Counted from the first letter of the stretch, positions 50,395 through 61,976 are shown. The stretch is DNA of 64,000 nucleotides from an uncultured Acidobacteriota bacterium (GCA_963779415.1 CAVZYA010000001.1:1728001-1792000), one strand, 5' to 3'. Made by a program: numbers and translations. Notes: generated by a model not told the origin, from the letters alone.

Positions 50395-50972
50395 GAAGGG
50401 CCTTTCGGGTGGGCCGGGCGGCCGATGAGCCGCACCTTGCCGTCGACGGTCTGGACCTCGAAAACGAGCCGTTTGGCTCCGGTCGCCTTGCGGATCTCGG
50501 CGGCCTGCCGGCGGAGAAGCTCCTCGAAGCGCTCGTATCGGAGGCGCGAGACGTCCTCGCCGAGCGCGCGCCGCGCTTCGCAGAATCGTTCGAAGAGGGG
50601 CATGAGACTCTTCCGCTCCCTGCGTCCTACGGACGTCGAGCCTTCCGCGTCGCTTTCGGCCCCGGCCGATGCCGCCTTCACCGGCCGCGGCGGCCGGCCG
50701 ACGCGGAGGCGCCCCTCCTCCCTCGCGAGGAGGCGCTTTTCCCAGAGCTCCTTCATCGACTGGAACCGGTTCTGGACGTTCTGGAGCCGGAAGCGCTCGG
50801 CCGCCCGTTCGACATTCACGCCCGCCATCCGCTTGAGGAGGTCCTCGAGCCGGCGCCTCGTGTCGACCGGAGGGACCTTCAGCTCGCCGATGTAGAAGCG
50901 CTCGTACTCGACGTGAAGGGCCTTGAGGCCCCGCTCGAGAACGGCGATCTCGTTTTCGAAGCTCTCGGGCAT
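50391..50972 (-). CDS. MXAN_5187 C-terminal domain-like protein
   Basis: YERFYIG..PP, ERFRLQN; LFERFCEARR..FEVQTVDGKVRL. Confidence 0.7.
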   Translation of the reverse strand: MPESFENEIAVLERGLKALHVEYERFYIGELKVPPVDTRRRLEDLLKRMAGVNVERAAERFRLQNVQNRFQSMKELWEKRLLAREEGRLRVGRPPRPVKAASAGAESDAEGSTSVGRRERKSLMPLFERFCEARRALGEDVSRLRYERFEELLRRQAAEIRKATGAKRLVFEVQTVDGKVRLIGRPAHPKGPS

Positions 50973-51002
50973 CGGACCGGGAATAGTCTACAGTCCCCGC
51001 GC

Positions 51003-52382
51003 ATGAGCGACCTCGTGCGGCCGCCATCGATCGACAGCCTCCTCTCGCATCCGGAGGGAGTCCGCCTCTCGGCGGTTCACGGGCGGGCGCGGGTGAAGGA
51101 GCGGCTCCGCGACCTCGTCGGGAGGTTTCGCGCCGGAGAGTTCGACCTCCCGGCGGGACCGGAGGCCCGGAGAGATGCCCTTCTCGCCGCCGCCTCGACC
51201 TCCCTCAGCGACCGCCCTCCGGCCGGACCGCGGCCGGTGATCAATGCCACCGGCGTCCTCCTCCACACGAATCTCGGCCGGGCGCCCCTCGCGCGGGAGG
51301 CCGTCGAGGCCGTGAGGCGCGCGAGCGGCTACTGCACGCTGGAATACGACCCCGAGAGCGGCCGCCGTGGACGCCGCGGCGAGCACGTGCGGCCCCTCCT
51401 CGTCTCTCTCTTCGCTCCGGGGCGCGCGGACGTGGATGCCCTCGCCGTGACGAACGCCGCGGCCGCCCTCCTCCTCGCGCTGGACACGGTCGCCAACGGC
51501 CGCCCCGTCGCCGTGTCGCGCGGAGAGCTCGTCGCCATCGGCGGGGATTTCCGCGTTCCTTCGATCCTCGCCCGGAGCGGTGCCTCCCTCCTCGAGGTCG
51601 GAACGACGAACCGGACGACCGCCGCGGACTACGCCGAAGCGCTCGATGCCGGCGCGGCCGCGGTCCTCAAGGTCCGCCCTTCGAACTACCGGATCGTCGG
51701 CTTCACGGAGGAGGTCGATCTCGCCGGGATTTCCGCCCTCGCGCGTCCGCGGGGAGTCCCCGTCCTCTTCGACGCCGGCGCCGGCGTCCCGGCGCGCCTC
51801 GAGGGAGCCGGCCTCCGCGACGAACCCGTACCGTCCGAGGCCCTCGACGCGGGCGCGGACATCGTGGTCTTCTCCGGCGACAAGCTCCTCGGCGGGCCTC
51901 AGGCCGGGATCCTCGTCGGCCGGGCCGCCCTCGTCGCGCGCGCCGCGGCGAACCCCCTCGCGCGCGCCCTCCGCCCCGACAAGCTCGTCCTCGCGGCCCT
52001 CGCGGCAACGCTCGATCTTCATCTCTCGGGACGAGCCGACGAGATTCCCCTCTTCCGGATGCTGGGCCGGACGCTCGAGGAGCTCGGGGCGCGTGCCGGA
52101 TCGCTCGCCGCCTTCGCGCGCGGGCTCGGGTTTTCCGCAGAGGTCGTCGAGGAATCCTCCGTCGTCGGAGGCGGCGCGGGGACCGAGTCGCTCGTCCCGA
52201 CCCGCGCGGTCGCGCTGACCCGCAATGGCGTTAACGCGGACGACCTCGCCGCCCGCCTCCGGAAGAGGTCACTTCCCGTCGTCACGCGGATCGCGGACGG
52301 GCGGCTCCTCCTCGACCTCCGGACGGTCGACCCCGGGGAGGACGACGAGATCCGCGCGGCGCTCACGGAGGCGGCCGGCTAG
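51003..52382 (+). CDS. selA: L-seryl-tRNA(Sec) selenium transferase
   Basis: VINATGVLLHTNLGRA, SRGELV, EVGTTNRT, FSGDKLLGGPQAG, LLDLRT. Confidence 0.93.
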   Translation: MSDLVRPPSIDSLLSHPEGVRLSAVHGRARVKERLRDLVGRFRAGEFDLPAGPEARRDALLAAASTSLSDRPPAGPRPVINATGVLLHTNLGRAPLAREAVEAVRRASGYCTLEYDPESGRRGRRGEHVRPLLVSLFAPGRADVDALAVTNAAAALLLALDTVANGRPVAVSRGELVAIGGDFRVPSILARSGASLLEVGTTNRTTAADYAEALDAGAAAVLKVRPSNYRIVGFTEEVDLAGISALARPRGVPVLFDAGAGVPARLEGAGLRDEPVPSEALDAGADIVVFSGDKLLGGPQAGILVGRAALVARAAANPLARALRPDKLVLAALAATLDLHLSGRADEIPLFRMLGRTLEELGARAGSLAAFARGLGFSAEVVEESSVVGGGAGTESLVPTRAVALTRNGVNADDLAARLRKRSLPVVTRIADGRLLLDLRTVDPGEDDEIRAALTEAAG

Positions 52383-53740
52383 AGCCCCAGTTCGCGGATC
52401 CGTTGGGCGAGGCGCCGGAGCGGGATGTCAAGATCCTCGGCTGCCCGCGATCGGTCTCCTGCGGCGGCCTCCAGAGCCTGACGGATCCGGGCCACCTCGC
52501 CGGAGCGTCGCCAGCGCTCGACGACCTCGTCCAGCGTCCCGTCGAGGGAGGGGTGCGGCCGCGCCGTCTCGCCGGGGACACCCACGACGACGTCCGCCGC
52601 CCGGATCGTCTCCCCCCGTGTCAGGAGGACGGAGCGCTCCACGACGTTTCGCAGCTCGCGGACGTTTCCCGGCCAGTCGTGCTCGGCGAGTCGCTCCAGC
52701 GCCCCGGGCGAGAAGACCGGCGCCTTCCGCCTCATCTGCCGCGCCGAAGCTTCCGAGAAGCTCCGCGCGAGGGCCGGAATGTCCTCTTTTCGCGCCCGGA
52801 GGGGAGGGAGGCGGACCGGAAAGACCTCCAGCCGGTAGAAGAGATCCTCGCGGAAGGAGCCGGCGCGGACGAGCGCGGAGAGGTCCCGGTTCGTCGCGAC
52901 GACGATCCGGACGTCCACCGTGATCGGAACCGTCCCGCCGACACGTAGGAACTGTTTCTCTTCCACGACCCGGAGGAACTTCGACTGGGCGCCCGACGGC
53001 AGCTCCGAGATCTCGTCGAGGAAAAGCGTCCCGCCGTCTGCCAGCTCGAAACGGCCCGCGCGGCGCTCGATGGCGCCCGTGTAGGCGCCCCGCTCGTGCC
53101 CGAAGAGCTCGTTCTCCACGAGCCCCTCCGGCAGCGCCGCGACGTTCACCGGGACGAACGGGCCTGCCGCCCGCGCGGAGAGCGCGTGGAGCGCCCTTGC
53201 GAACAGCTCCTTGCCCGTGCCGGACTCCCCGGTGAGGACCACCGTAACGTCCGATTCCGCGGCGCGCCGGATCCGCTCGAAGGCCTCGGCGAGCGACGGC
53301 GAGGAGCCGACGATGGCCGGCATTCCGGCGAGGCCCGCCTCCTCGGCCAGGAGGGCCCGCGCCACGGCCTCGCGACGGGCCGCCACGTGACGGCGGACGA
53401 GAAGGAGGAGGAGGTCGGGATCGACCGGCTTTCCGAGGAAGTCGGCGGCGCCGGCCTTCATCGCGGCGACGGCCGTCTCCACCGTGCCGAAGCCCGTCAG
53501 GACGACGACCGGGACGCCGCGGTCCCCCTCCACGGCGGCGCGGAGGACGGCGATCCCGTCCGCGCCGGGGAGCTTCAGGTCGGTGAGGACCAGCGCGTAC
53601 CGGCGACCCTCCTGGAGCCTCCGGATCGCTTCGTCCCCCGTGGCGACCGCCTCGACGGAATAGCTCTCGCGCTCGAGGGTCTCCGCGAGCATCGCCCGGA
53701 GCGAGGCACGGTCCTCGACGAGGAGGATCTCAGCGGGCAC
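52379..53740 (-). CDS. Sigma54-dependent response regulator (NtrC/PilR family)
   Basis: Receiver domain LTDLKLPG, GESGTGKE, GAYTGA, LFLDEI, WPGNVREL, Fis-type HTH. Confidence 0.95.
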   Translation of the reverse strand: MPAEILLVEDRASLRAMLAETLERESYSVEAVATGDEAIRRLQEGRRYALVLTDLKLPGADGIAVLRAAVEGDRGVPVVVLTGFGTVETAVAAMKAGAADFLGKPVDPDLLLLLVRRHVAARREAVARALLAEEAGLAGMPAIVGSSPSLAEAFERIRRAAESDVTVVLTGESGTGKELFARALHALSARAAGPFVPVNVAALPEGLVENELFGHERGAYTGAIERRAGRFELADGGTLFLDEISELPSGAQSKFLRVVEEKQFLRVGGTVPITVDVRIVVATNRDLSALVRAGSFREDLFYRLEVFPVRLPPLRARKEDIPALARSFSEASARQMRRKAPVFSPGALERLAEHDWPGNVRELRNVVERSVLLTRGETIRAADVVVGVPGETARPHPSLDGTLDEVVERWRRSGEVARIRQALEAAAGDRSRAAEDLDIPLRRLAQRIRELGL

Positions 53741-53749
53741 CGGCGCCGT

Positions 53750-54709
53750 TCAGTTCCCGTCCGGAGGCTTCGGCTGGTCGCCGGTCGGTTTGGGAAGGAA
53801 GGTCCCGCCGGGCTTGTCCGGGGCTCCGATCGGTGCGTTCGCCGGGGGAGACGGCACGTCGGGCGAAGGGATCCGGACGAGCTTGGGCGTCGGAACGGGG
53901 GTCGGCTCCGTGCTCTTCTCGCCGGCAGTCTCCGACTTCGCGGCGTCGGCCCCTTCGGGCGGCTTCGGCGGGGGCGTCACCCCCGCGCCCCAGTCGGAGG
54001 CGCTCGCGCTCTTGACCGCGACCCTCGTCTGCCAGGCGGCGACGTAGCGGAAGGTCTGGATGTCGGCCGTCTCTTTCAGCTCCGCCGTGAACGTGCTCTT
54101 CTCGCCCGGCGCAAGCTGGTCCTTCGCCACCTTCCCGAACGTCGTCGCAACCGTCTTCCCGCCGGCGACGCCTTCGATCGTCACGGAGATCCCGGAGACG
54201 CCGACGTTGCCGCTGTTGAGGACGGACCCCGAGATCCCGTAGCCTGAGGGGTTCTTCGTGGCGGCCGCGTTCACGACGTCGACGCGTTCCTCCGTCTCCT
54301 CGTCCTTCTTCTCGGCTTCTTCCTCGATATTTCCCTTCGCGATCTGGTCGTCCGTCAGGACGATCGCGGCCTTCCGCTCGCTCGTCTTTCCGGCGATCTC
54401 GGCCGGGCGGGCCGGTCGGAGGCTCGACGCGGCAACCGGCGTCGGCGTGGGAGCCACCCTTGCGCGCGCAGCCTCGGTCTTCGGTCCGTCGATCTCGTCC
54501 GCGGAGATCGAGAAGAGCGTACCGTCGCGCGTCTTCAGGAGAACCATCCGGCCCTTCGCCACCGGAGCCCCCACGATCTGGAGGGTCCGGCCGTCCTTCA
54601 GGACCACGACATCCTCCCCCGCCCCGCCCGAGGCGAGGAGGAGAAGGATCGCGAGCGCGGGTACCGTGATGATCCGACGCATCGACTTCTCTCCGATCGG
54701 AGTTCCCAT
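53750..54709 (-). CDS. Exported protein with Ig-like (FxLYD-like) domain and Pro-rich linkers
   Basis: Signal peptide, VVLKDG, ISGSVLNSG..LAPGEKSTF. Confidence 0.7.
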   Translation of the reverse strand: MGTPIGEKSMRRIITVPALAILLLLASGGAGEDVVVLKDGRTLQIVGAPVAKGRMVLLKTRDGTLFSISADEIDGPKTEAARARVAPTPTPVAASSLRPARPAEIAGKTSERKAAIVLTDDQIAKGNIEEEAEKKDEETEERVDVVNAAATKNPSGYGISGSVLNSGNVGVSGISVTIEGVAGGKTVATTFGKVAKDQLAPGEKSTFTAELKETADIQTFRYVAAWQTRVAVKSASASDWGAGVTPPPKPPEGADAAKSETAGEKSTEPTPVPTPKLVRIPSPDVPSPPANAPIGAPDKPGGTFLPKPTGDQPKPPDGN

Positions 54710-54739
54710 GATACTCCGTGCCCCCCTCTCCCGGGAGCG

Positions 54740-55999
54740 TCAATGCGTCTGGACGAACGGGATCGAGAGGGTGCGAGTCTCCCGCTCGAACCCGACGGAG
54801 GAGCGTGGATTCCCCGTCCAGCCGATCGGCGCGAGATCGCCGCGCTGCCGCGGCGCATCGAAGGGGAAGATCTCTTCGGGGAGATCGGAGGGCGTTCCGC
54901 CCGGGCGGCGCTCCCTCCCCTTGGCGACGACCGCAATCCGGACCGCGAGGAGCCGTTCGGAGCGCGTGAGCCCGTCCGGAGGGAAGGGACGCGAACCCGG
55001 CCTCTCCCCGTACCACTCCGCGTCCGCTCCCGCGGCGATCCGCCACGCCACCTGGAGGTTCTCGATGTCGTCGGCCACGCGCGTCACCTCCCAGCGTCCC
55101 CCTCCGATGTTCTCCGCCGCGGCGAGATATGGACGCGGGTGGGCGAGGGAGGCCGGATCGTTCACCACGAAGTAGTCCGGCGGACGCCCGAGGGGCCCCC
55201 GCGCCACGAAGTAGACGACGTCGTCGAAGAGGCCTCCCCATGCGAGCGGCCCGATCTCGCGAAGGTCCCCGGCGGAGCCGCGCGGATCGAGCCGGGTGGC
55301 GTTCTCGTCTGTGAAGTCGAGCGTCAGCTCGAAGTAACAGCCGTCCGGCGGTGGGGCGCACCCCTCCGGGGCCGAGGAGGTCCGGTCGAGGCTGCCGGCG
55401 ATCCGTCCGACGCCGAACCGGTTCACGGCGTCGCCGACGACGAAGAAGCTCGTCCGCCCCCTTTCGGCGAGCCGGGCCCTGAGGAGCGCAATCGACGCCG
55501 TCGGGTCGATCTCGCCCGGGGGCACGGACGCCCCGCCGCCGGCGCGGAGACGGAGCCGCACGCGCGCCGGCTGCGACTGGATCTCATCGCGCTCGCGCGA
55601 GATCCGCCCGAGCGGAAAGGGGGACGACCGGAGGATTCCCCGCAGCTCGAGCGCGTCCGTACCCGGCCGGACTTCGGTCGAAAGCTCGGAGCGCCCCCTG
55701 AAGCGCTGTCCGGTCGGGGCGTTCTCGAGGGCCGGACGAAAGGCCTCGCGAGCCGGGAGCCGTCCGGAAGCGGCGGCGCCGGCGTCCTTCGTCAGGGCCC
55801 GGACCGCGAGATCGAGGGCCGTACGTACCGCGGGACCCGCCGGGGCCCGCGCGGGGATCCTCGTCCAGCGGTTCACGAACTCGAGCGCGACGAAGAGGAG
55901 GAGGAGGAGGACGGCGAGCGTCGCGAGGAAGGCGGGAAACGAGACGCCCCGGCGCTTCCCTTCCCCCGGAAGACCGGCCGCGCCATCGCCCGCCCTCAT
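54740..55999 (-). CDS. Degenerate PilW-like minor pilin
   Basis: RRGVSF plus hydrophobic helix (prepilin-like, lacks E5); VADDIENLQVAW; AVRIAVVAK. Confidence 0.6.
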   Translation of the reverse strand: MRAGDGAAGLPGEGKRRGVSFPAFLATLAVLLLLLFVALEFVNRWTRIPARAPAGPAVRTALDLAVRALTKDAGAAASGRLPAREAFRPALENAPTGQRFRGRSELSTEVRPGTDALELRGILRSSPFPLGRISRERDEIQSQPARVRLRLRAGGGASVPPGEIDPTASIALLRARLAERGRTSFFVVGDAVNRFGVGRIAGSLDRTSSAPEGCAPPPDGCYFELTLDFTDENATRLDPRGSAGDLREIGPLAWGGLFDDVVYFVARGPLGRPPDYFVVNDPASLAHPRPYLAAAENIGGGRWEVTRVADDIENLQVAWRIAAGADAEWYGERPGSRPFPPDGLTRSERLLAVRIAVVAKGRERRPGGTPSDLPEEIFPFDAPRQRGDLAPIGWTGNPRSSVGFERETRTLSIPFVQTH

Positions 56000-56049
56000 C
56001 GACCCGGAATCTTAGGCCTGCCCGGGAGAATCGCCGCCCCGGCTCTCCC

Positions 56050-59000
56050 CTACTTGAGCTCCTTCCAGTAGACCGGGGTCACGTTCCCGAAGCCGCCGTA
56101 CTGGAGGATGTTGATCTTGGTCGTGAAGAGGCCGGCCGATTGCCCGGCGCCCACGCCGCTCTTTGCGACGACGACCTTTGTCCCCGCGATGGCGAAGCCG
56201 GAGGCGGCGCCCTCTCCCGCGCCGTAGACCTCCGTCTTCGTGACGTCCGTGGTGTCACACGTACCCGACAGGTTGAAGGTGAGAACGATGATGTAGGAGT
56301 AGCCGCGGCAGTAGCCGATCGCGTCCGGGTCGAAGAGGATGAAGAGTGCCTGGAACTCCCCTGTCCCCGAGAGCGGAACGAGGAGGAAGGGGGGGGCCGT
56401 CATCTGGGTCTTCGGGCCGAGCGTCGTCGAACTCGTGACTCCCGGCTTGCAGCCGGGCGCGTTGGGGTCGTATTCCGGATCGCTTGGATCGAGGCAGGGC
56501 GGAATCAGGATCGAGGAGATAATCCTCGAGTAGATGGCCTCGCCCGGGCCGGTCACGGTGATCGAGCCGAACGGCGCAGCTTTCGTCTTGTTGACGGCGA
56601 TGAAGAGGCGCGGAGTCCATGCGTAGTCGCTCTTGTTCTGACCCGACGGGTGGGAGTTGCCGGAAGGATCGCCCACGAGCAGACTCTTCTCGTAGGAGGT
56701 GCCGCTCCCGAAGGTGTAAAGCTGGCAGCCGCTCGTGCCGACGCCGCTCACGGCGGGCGGGTAGTAGAGCGGCGCCTGGTCGGCCGCTCCTTCGATCTGC
56801 AGGATCGCCGCCGGGACGTCGATGCCGAGCTGCACCTGGTCGAAGTCGGTCGTCCCCCCCGTCGCGTAGTTGAACCAGAGCCGCCCGTCGAGGTCGACCT
56901 GCACCCCGAGGTTCGCGATGTTGTTGCCGTAATAGGTCGGCTTCGTGGTGTCGAAGAGCTGGCTCGCCGCGAAGGCCTGCTGCCCGACGAGGGGGCGGTT
57001 CGAGGCGTCGAGCGCGGCGACCGGGAGCGTCACGTTGTTGTGCGTCCCCGTCGTGTAGCCGTCCGTCCCGTCGACCGCGTTCAGCTGGAACTGGTTCGCG
57101 TCGAGCTGGCTCGAGCCGTCCGGGTTCACCGCCGAACTGGCGGGGTTGAAGCCCGATCCGAAGATCGAGAGGAATTTCGACGGGGCGGCCTTCACCGCGG
57201 CGACAGCCGGAACGCTCCAGGCCTGGCCAAGGGCCGGAAGGTCGGCCACGGACCTCCGCCAGAGGACCTCCACGGGCTTCGAGGAATCGTAGTTCGGATC
57301 CGTGGAAGTCGGATGCGTGAGGTCGATCGCGGTGATCGACTTGCCGGCCGGCCCGAGCGCGAGATAGCCGACCGTCTTCCAGTTCGTCCCGTCATAGACG
57401 TCGTCGAAACGGAGGGAGTTCGCGACGCCCCAGATGTGCTTGTGGATGTCGGGCTCCTGTCCCGTCAGTGTCTTGTGCGACCCGTCCTTGAACAGCATCT
57501 TCGTGTAGTTATTGAAAAGCGTCACCTGCTGCGGGAGAAGCTCGGGAGGGAGGAGGGCCAGAAGCTCCTTCCCCGTGTTGAAGTCGAAGCAGTGGAGCAT
57601 GCCGTCGTCCGAGCCGACCCACACGACCGGGTTCCGGCTAGCGTACTGCACCTCGAAGGCGGCGTGGCTCGCGAGGGTGGCGCCGCTGTACTTCTCGGGT
57701 ACGCCGATGAGCGCCGGCGTCGAATTGATCGTGGCGCCGAAGACCCAGTCCCGGATCGTGCCGGTAAGCGCCCCGTCGTTCCCCCGGAGGAAGTCGATGA
57801 CCTTCTTGTCGAAAGACGCCGGGACGCCGCTGATCGCCTGCACCGCCGCGGCCGTCGCGTCGTCGGCCTTGAGCTCGATGAGGCCGCCCCCGAGGTTCGC
57901 GGGGTCCCACGTGTAGATCTTCCGCTCCGCCGGGGCGACGAAGGACGGGTTGCTCGGATTCGAGAGGATGTTTCCCGCGTCCCAGCGGTCGTATCCGACG
58001 TCCCCGGGATGTTTCAGGGTGTCTATGGCATACAAGTGTCCCAGCCATTTCGGGTAGTCGGTCGAGGGGATCACGACGATGTTCGACTGAGAGACGCTGC
58101 CGCCGGCCGAGGGGGGGCTCGTCGCGTAGTTTCCGACCGCCGTCCCCGCGATGATCTCCCCGAAGGCGCTGGCGATCGAGTCCGAGTCCGAGGCGAAGAA
58201 GGCGTAGTCGCCGTTGACGATCGACGCCGAGTAGCGGTTGACGTCCTTTTCATCTTCGCCCGGCTGGAGGAGGCGCGGGTCGCCCTGGTCGCCGGGGCCG
58301 AGCACGTAGCCGTATCCCGCGTCTCCATTCGGGGCGAGGGCGTCGGTCCGGCCGCGGAAGGCCGTGTAGTTCAGCTCGCAGCGGCCGACCGTCGAGCTGA
58401 GGCCGATGACGAACGTCCGGACGTTGACCGGCAGCTTCCCGGCGTCGGCGAATCCGTTGATGAAGAGCGACTCGGCGACGCCGGCGACGAAGCCCGGATC
58501 GACGTTGTTCCAGCCCGCGGGGACCGGGGCGTTCTTGAAATTATCGATCACCGCCGTGTTGCCGGAGATTTCTGCCGCGTATTCGTCCGCGTTGCAGTCG
58601 TACCCCGAGCCGCTGATCCGCGAGTACGGATCGCAGCAGTGGAGAAGGCGCGTCGTGCCGTCGGGGGCGAGAACCGGCACGTTGCACCCCTGATCGAATC
58701 CGTAATACCCCTCGCACGGGCTCGTCCACGGCTCGCCGGCGCTCGGATAGTCGCCGCCGTACCACTGGAACGGCCCCGGGTTGTCCATGCAGCCGGAGCA
58801 TGTCGTGTACGGGGAGGGCGGAGCCGGCGGGGTTTGCGTGCAGTCGCACGGCGGGACGGCCGGAGGGCCGGTCCAGTCCGTGTCGCTCCCGTTCGGGTTG
58901 CAGATGTTCGATGCGCCGTCCGTGGCGAAGATGAGACCGTACGGCCGGTCGCAGAAGACGATCTTCGGGTCGTTCTTGTAGGTGTAGTCGTAGAGGTCCC

Positions 59001-61897
59001 CCCCCGCTCTCTTGAGGCCCTCCTTCGACGGCGTTCCGCCCTGCGAGTACATCCCGCCGTAATAGACGAGCTGCATCGCCGCCTCGACGTCGTCGATCTT
59101 CCCGGAATCGGTCGGAAAGACGTGCTGGAAGAGCTGGTAATTCCCGTCGTACGAACAGGCTGTGTTCACGTTGGAGTCGCCGGAAACGTCGGAGAAGGAA
59201 TAGAGCCCCCAGTTCACGGTGTTCGCCGACTGCGAGACGATCTGCTTGGCCGTCTCGTAGCGAACGTAAGCCGCGGCATTCCCGACGGGTGTCCCGGTCA
59301 CGCCCGGAATCGAGGAGCCAATCTCGATCGAGAGCCCGTTGAGGTACGAAGGCGACAGGGGCGACGGGGGAAAATTGGATCCGTTGTAGAGGGTCTCGTC
59401 ATAGGCCTGGAACGGGCGTCCCGGATCGTCTCCGTAGATGGTGCCGTTCGCCGTCCGTCCCGAACGTGATCGTCCACGACCAGGTCGCCTGGTTTCCCTG
59501 CGGATCGAACGCCGCGAGTTTGTACGTGCCGCCGGCGTTCGGGCCGACCGCGAGGACGCCCGGGTAGAGGGGCGGCGGAAAGCGCGGGTCGATGGGAAAG
59601 TTGACGGCACCGGCTTGCACCGGCACCGTGACCGGGAGCGTGGCGATGTAGCTCTGGAGGTCCGTCCCCTGGTGGTACTCGACGGTGGCAGGGGCTGTCA
59701 CCTGCCAGGGGAGATCGAGCGACCCCGTCCAGCTGCTCCCGTCGCTCGCCCCTCCCACCGCGAGGCCGTTGCTGTCGCGCTGGATCGTCCAGGGGGTCGT
59801 CGTCTGGTCGGTGACGGTCGAGCCCGGCGGGTAGAACTCGGTGATGAGGTTCACCGAGTCTCCGAGCGCGTTCTTGAGCTGCGAAATCCGCGACGGGCGG
59901 TCCCAGTGGAGAAGATAGAGCCAGGCCGCGCAGCCGCCGTAGATCTTTCCGTCGGGGTTCGGCGTCGGGGTCGACGGCGGGGTCGGCGTCGGGAGGCGGA
60001 GGATCGCCCCGATCGGCGCCACGAACGGAGGCGGAACAGGCAGTTCCCCGGCGTCTGAGGCACCGACCCCCTGCCAGAGCGGGCTCCGGTTCGGCCCGGC
60101 CGCCGCCTCGGACGCGGCCGTCCCCGGGAAGGAACCGAGCGGTCGGGGCTGCGGCGACCGAGACGAGTGAGGCGACTGAGCCGATAGCGCCGCCAGAGCC
60201 TCGACCGGCCTCGGGGGCGCCCACGGCGGCGGCGGCTGGAAGAAGGTGTGTCCCGGCAGCGTCCGCGTCGGCGTCGGCGTCGACGTCGGCGTCGACGTCG
60301 GCGTGAGCGTCGGTGTCCCCGTCGGCGTCGGCGTGATCGTCGGCGTCACCGTCGGCGTCGGCGTGATCGTCGGCGTCACCGTCGGCGTCACCGTCGGCGT
60401 CGCCGTCGGCGTCGGCGTCGCCGTCGGCGTCACCGTCGGCGTCGGCGTCGCGGTCGGCGTCACCGTCGGCGTCCGCGTCGGCGTCGGCGTGATCGTCGGC
60501 GTCGCCGTCGGCGTGACCGTCGGCGTCGGCGTGATCGTCGGCGTGATCGTCGGCGTCGGCGTGATCGTCGTCGTCGGCGTGATCGTCGGCGTCCGTGTCG
60601 GCGTCGCCGTCGGCGTCACCGTCGGCGTGATCGTCGGCGTCGGCGTGATCGTCGGCGTCCGCGTCGGCGTCGCCGTCGGCGTGATCGTCGGCGTGATCGT
60701 CGGCGTCGGCGTCGGCGTCGCCGTCGCGGTCGGCGTGATGGTCGCCGTCGGAGTCGCCGTCGGGCTGACGGTCGCCGTCGGCGAGGCTGTCGGCGAGATC
60801 GTCGGTGTCGGCGTGATCGTCGGCGTCAGCGTCGGCGTCAGCGTCGGCGTCGGCGTGATCGTCGGTGTGATCGTCGGCGTCGGTGTCGGCGTGACCGTCG
60901 GTGTCCGCGTCGGCGTCTGGGTACCGGTCGGGGTTCTCGTCGCCGTCGGGGTTCTCGTCGGCGTCGGTGTCCGCGTCGGCGTCGGCGTCACGGTCGGAGT
61001 CCTCGTCGGCGTCGGTGTCCTCGTCGGCGTCGGCGTCCGCGTCGGCGTCCGCGTCGCCGTCGGGCTTGCCGTCGGGCTAACGGTCGGCGTCGGCGTCGCC
61101 GTCGGCGTGATCGTCGGCGTCGCCGTCGGCGTCGGCGTCAACGTCGGCGTCGGGGTCAGCGTCGGCGTCGGGGTGATCGTCGCCGTCGGCGTGGCGGTCG
61201 CCGTGATCGTCGGCGTCGGCGTCAGCGTCGGTGTCGGCGTCAGCGTCGCCGTCGGCGTGATCGTCGGCGTCGGCGTCGGCGTCGGCGTGATCGTCGGCGT
61301 CGCCGTGGCGGTCGGCGTGAGCGTCGGCGTCATCGTCGGCGTCGACGTCGGCGTGGCTGTCGGAGTGGCTGTCGGAGTCACTGTCGCGGTCGGCGTGAGC
61401 GTCGGCGTCTCGGTCGGCGTCGTCGTCGGCGTCACCGTCGGCGTCATCGTGAGCGTCGGTGTCGGCGTGATCGTCGGGGTCTCGGTCGCGGTGGAAGTCG
61501 GAGTGACTGTCGGCGTCGTCGTCGGCGAGATCGTCGGCGTCGTCGTCGGCGTCGCCGTCGCCGTCGGCGTCGCCGTCGGCGTCGGCGTCACCGTCGGCGT
61601 CGGCGTCGGTCCCGGATTCGGGTTCAGACAGATGCCGCCGTACCAGACGAGGCGTCCGATCGAGTCGTCCGCCTCGAACAGCTCGTTGCCGAAGATGTCC
61701 CATCGCATCGAGCCGCTCCGGTCCTGGACGATCATCAGGTTCGGGCGGATCACCTGCTGCGTGATCTGGGCGAGCGGGTCGTACCCTTCGGAGGCGGCGA
61801 GCGCGATCCCTTCACTTCCGAAGACGAGGAGAAGCCCGAGCAGGGCGGCGAGGATCTTCCGGAGCCGATCCGGAAGGAAGACGCGGATGCGCAGCAC
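56050..61897 (-). CDS. pilY1: PilY1-like type IV pilus adhesin (about 1950 aa): vWA + Pro/Thr repeat + beta-propeller; one frameshift near 59455
   Basis: Signal peptide, [28 protein letters not shown]; [46 protein letters not shown] end; joins ORFs 59399-61957 and 56050-59610. Confidence 0.8.
60262..61610 (-). repeat. Coding Pro/Thr low-complexity repeat (about 450 codons of xTPT)
   Basis: Degenerate gtcggc hexamer tandem repeat. Confidence 0.95.
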
Positions 61898-61976
61898 TTC
61901 CGCGGCGACTCTCCCGCCCCGTCCCGGATCCTTCGCCGATCTCCACGTTCCGAACATAAGAAATCTTCAGTACCTG

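Noticed and set aside
56140-59469. 1109-aa + strand ORF and many other long overlapping ORFs (e.g. 38530-41400, 25633-27849)
   Set aside because: Stop-poor antisense or alternative frames typical of high-GC DNA, overlapping well-supported genes
60262-61610. Possible CRISPR or non-coding repeat array
   Set aside because: Hexamer-based in-frame coding repeat with no constant repeat plus unique spacers, and no cas genes
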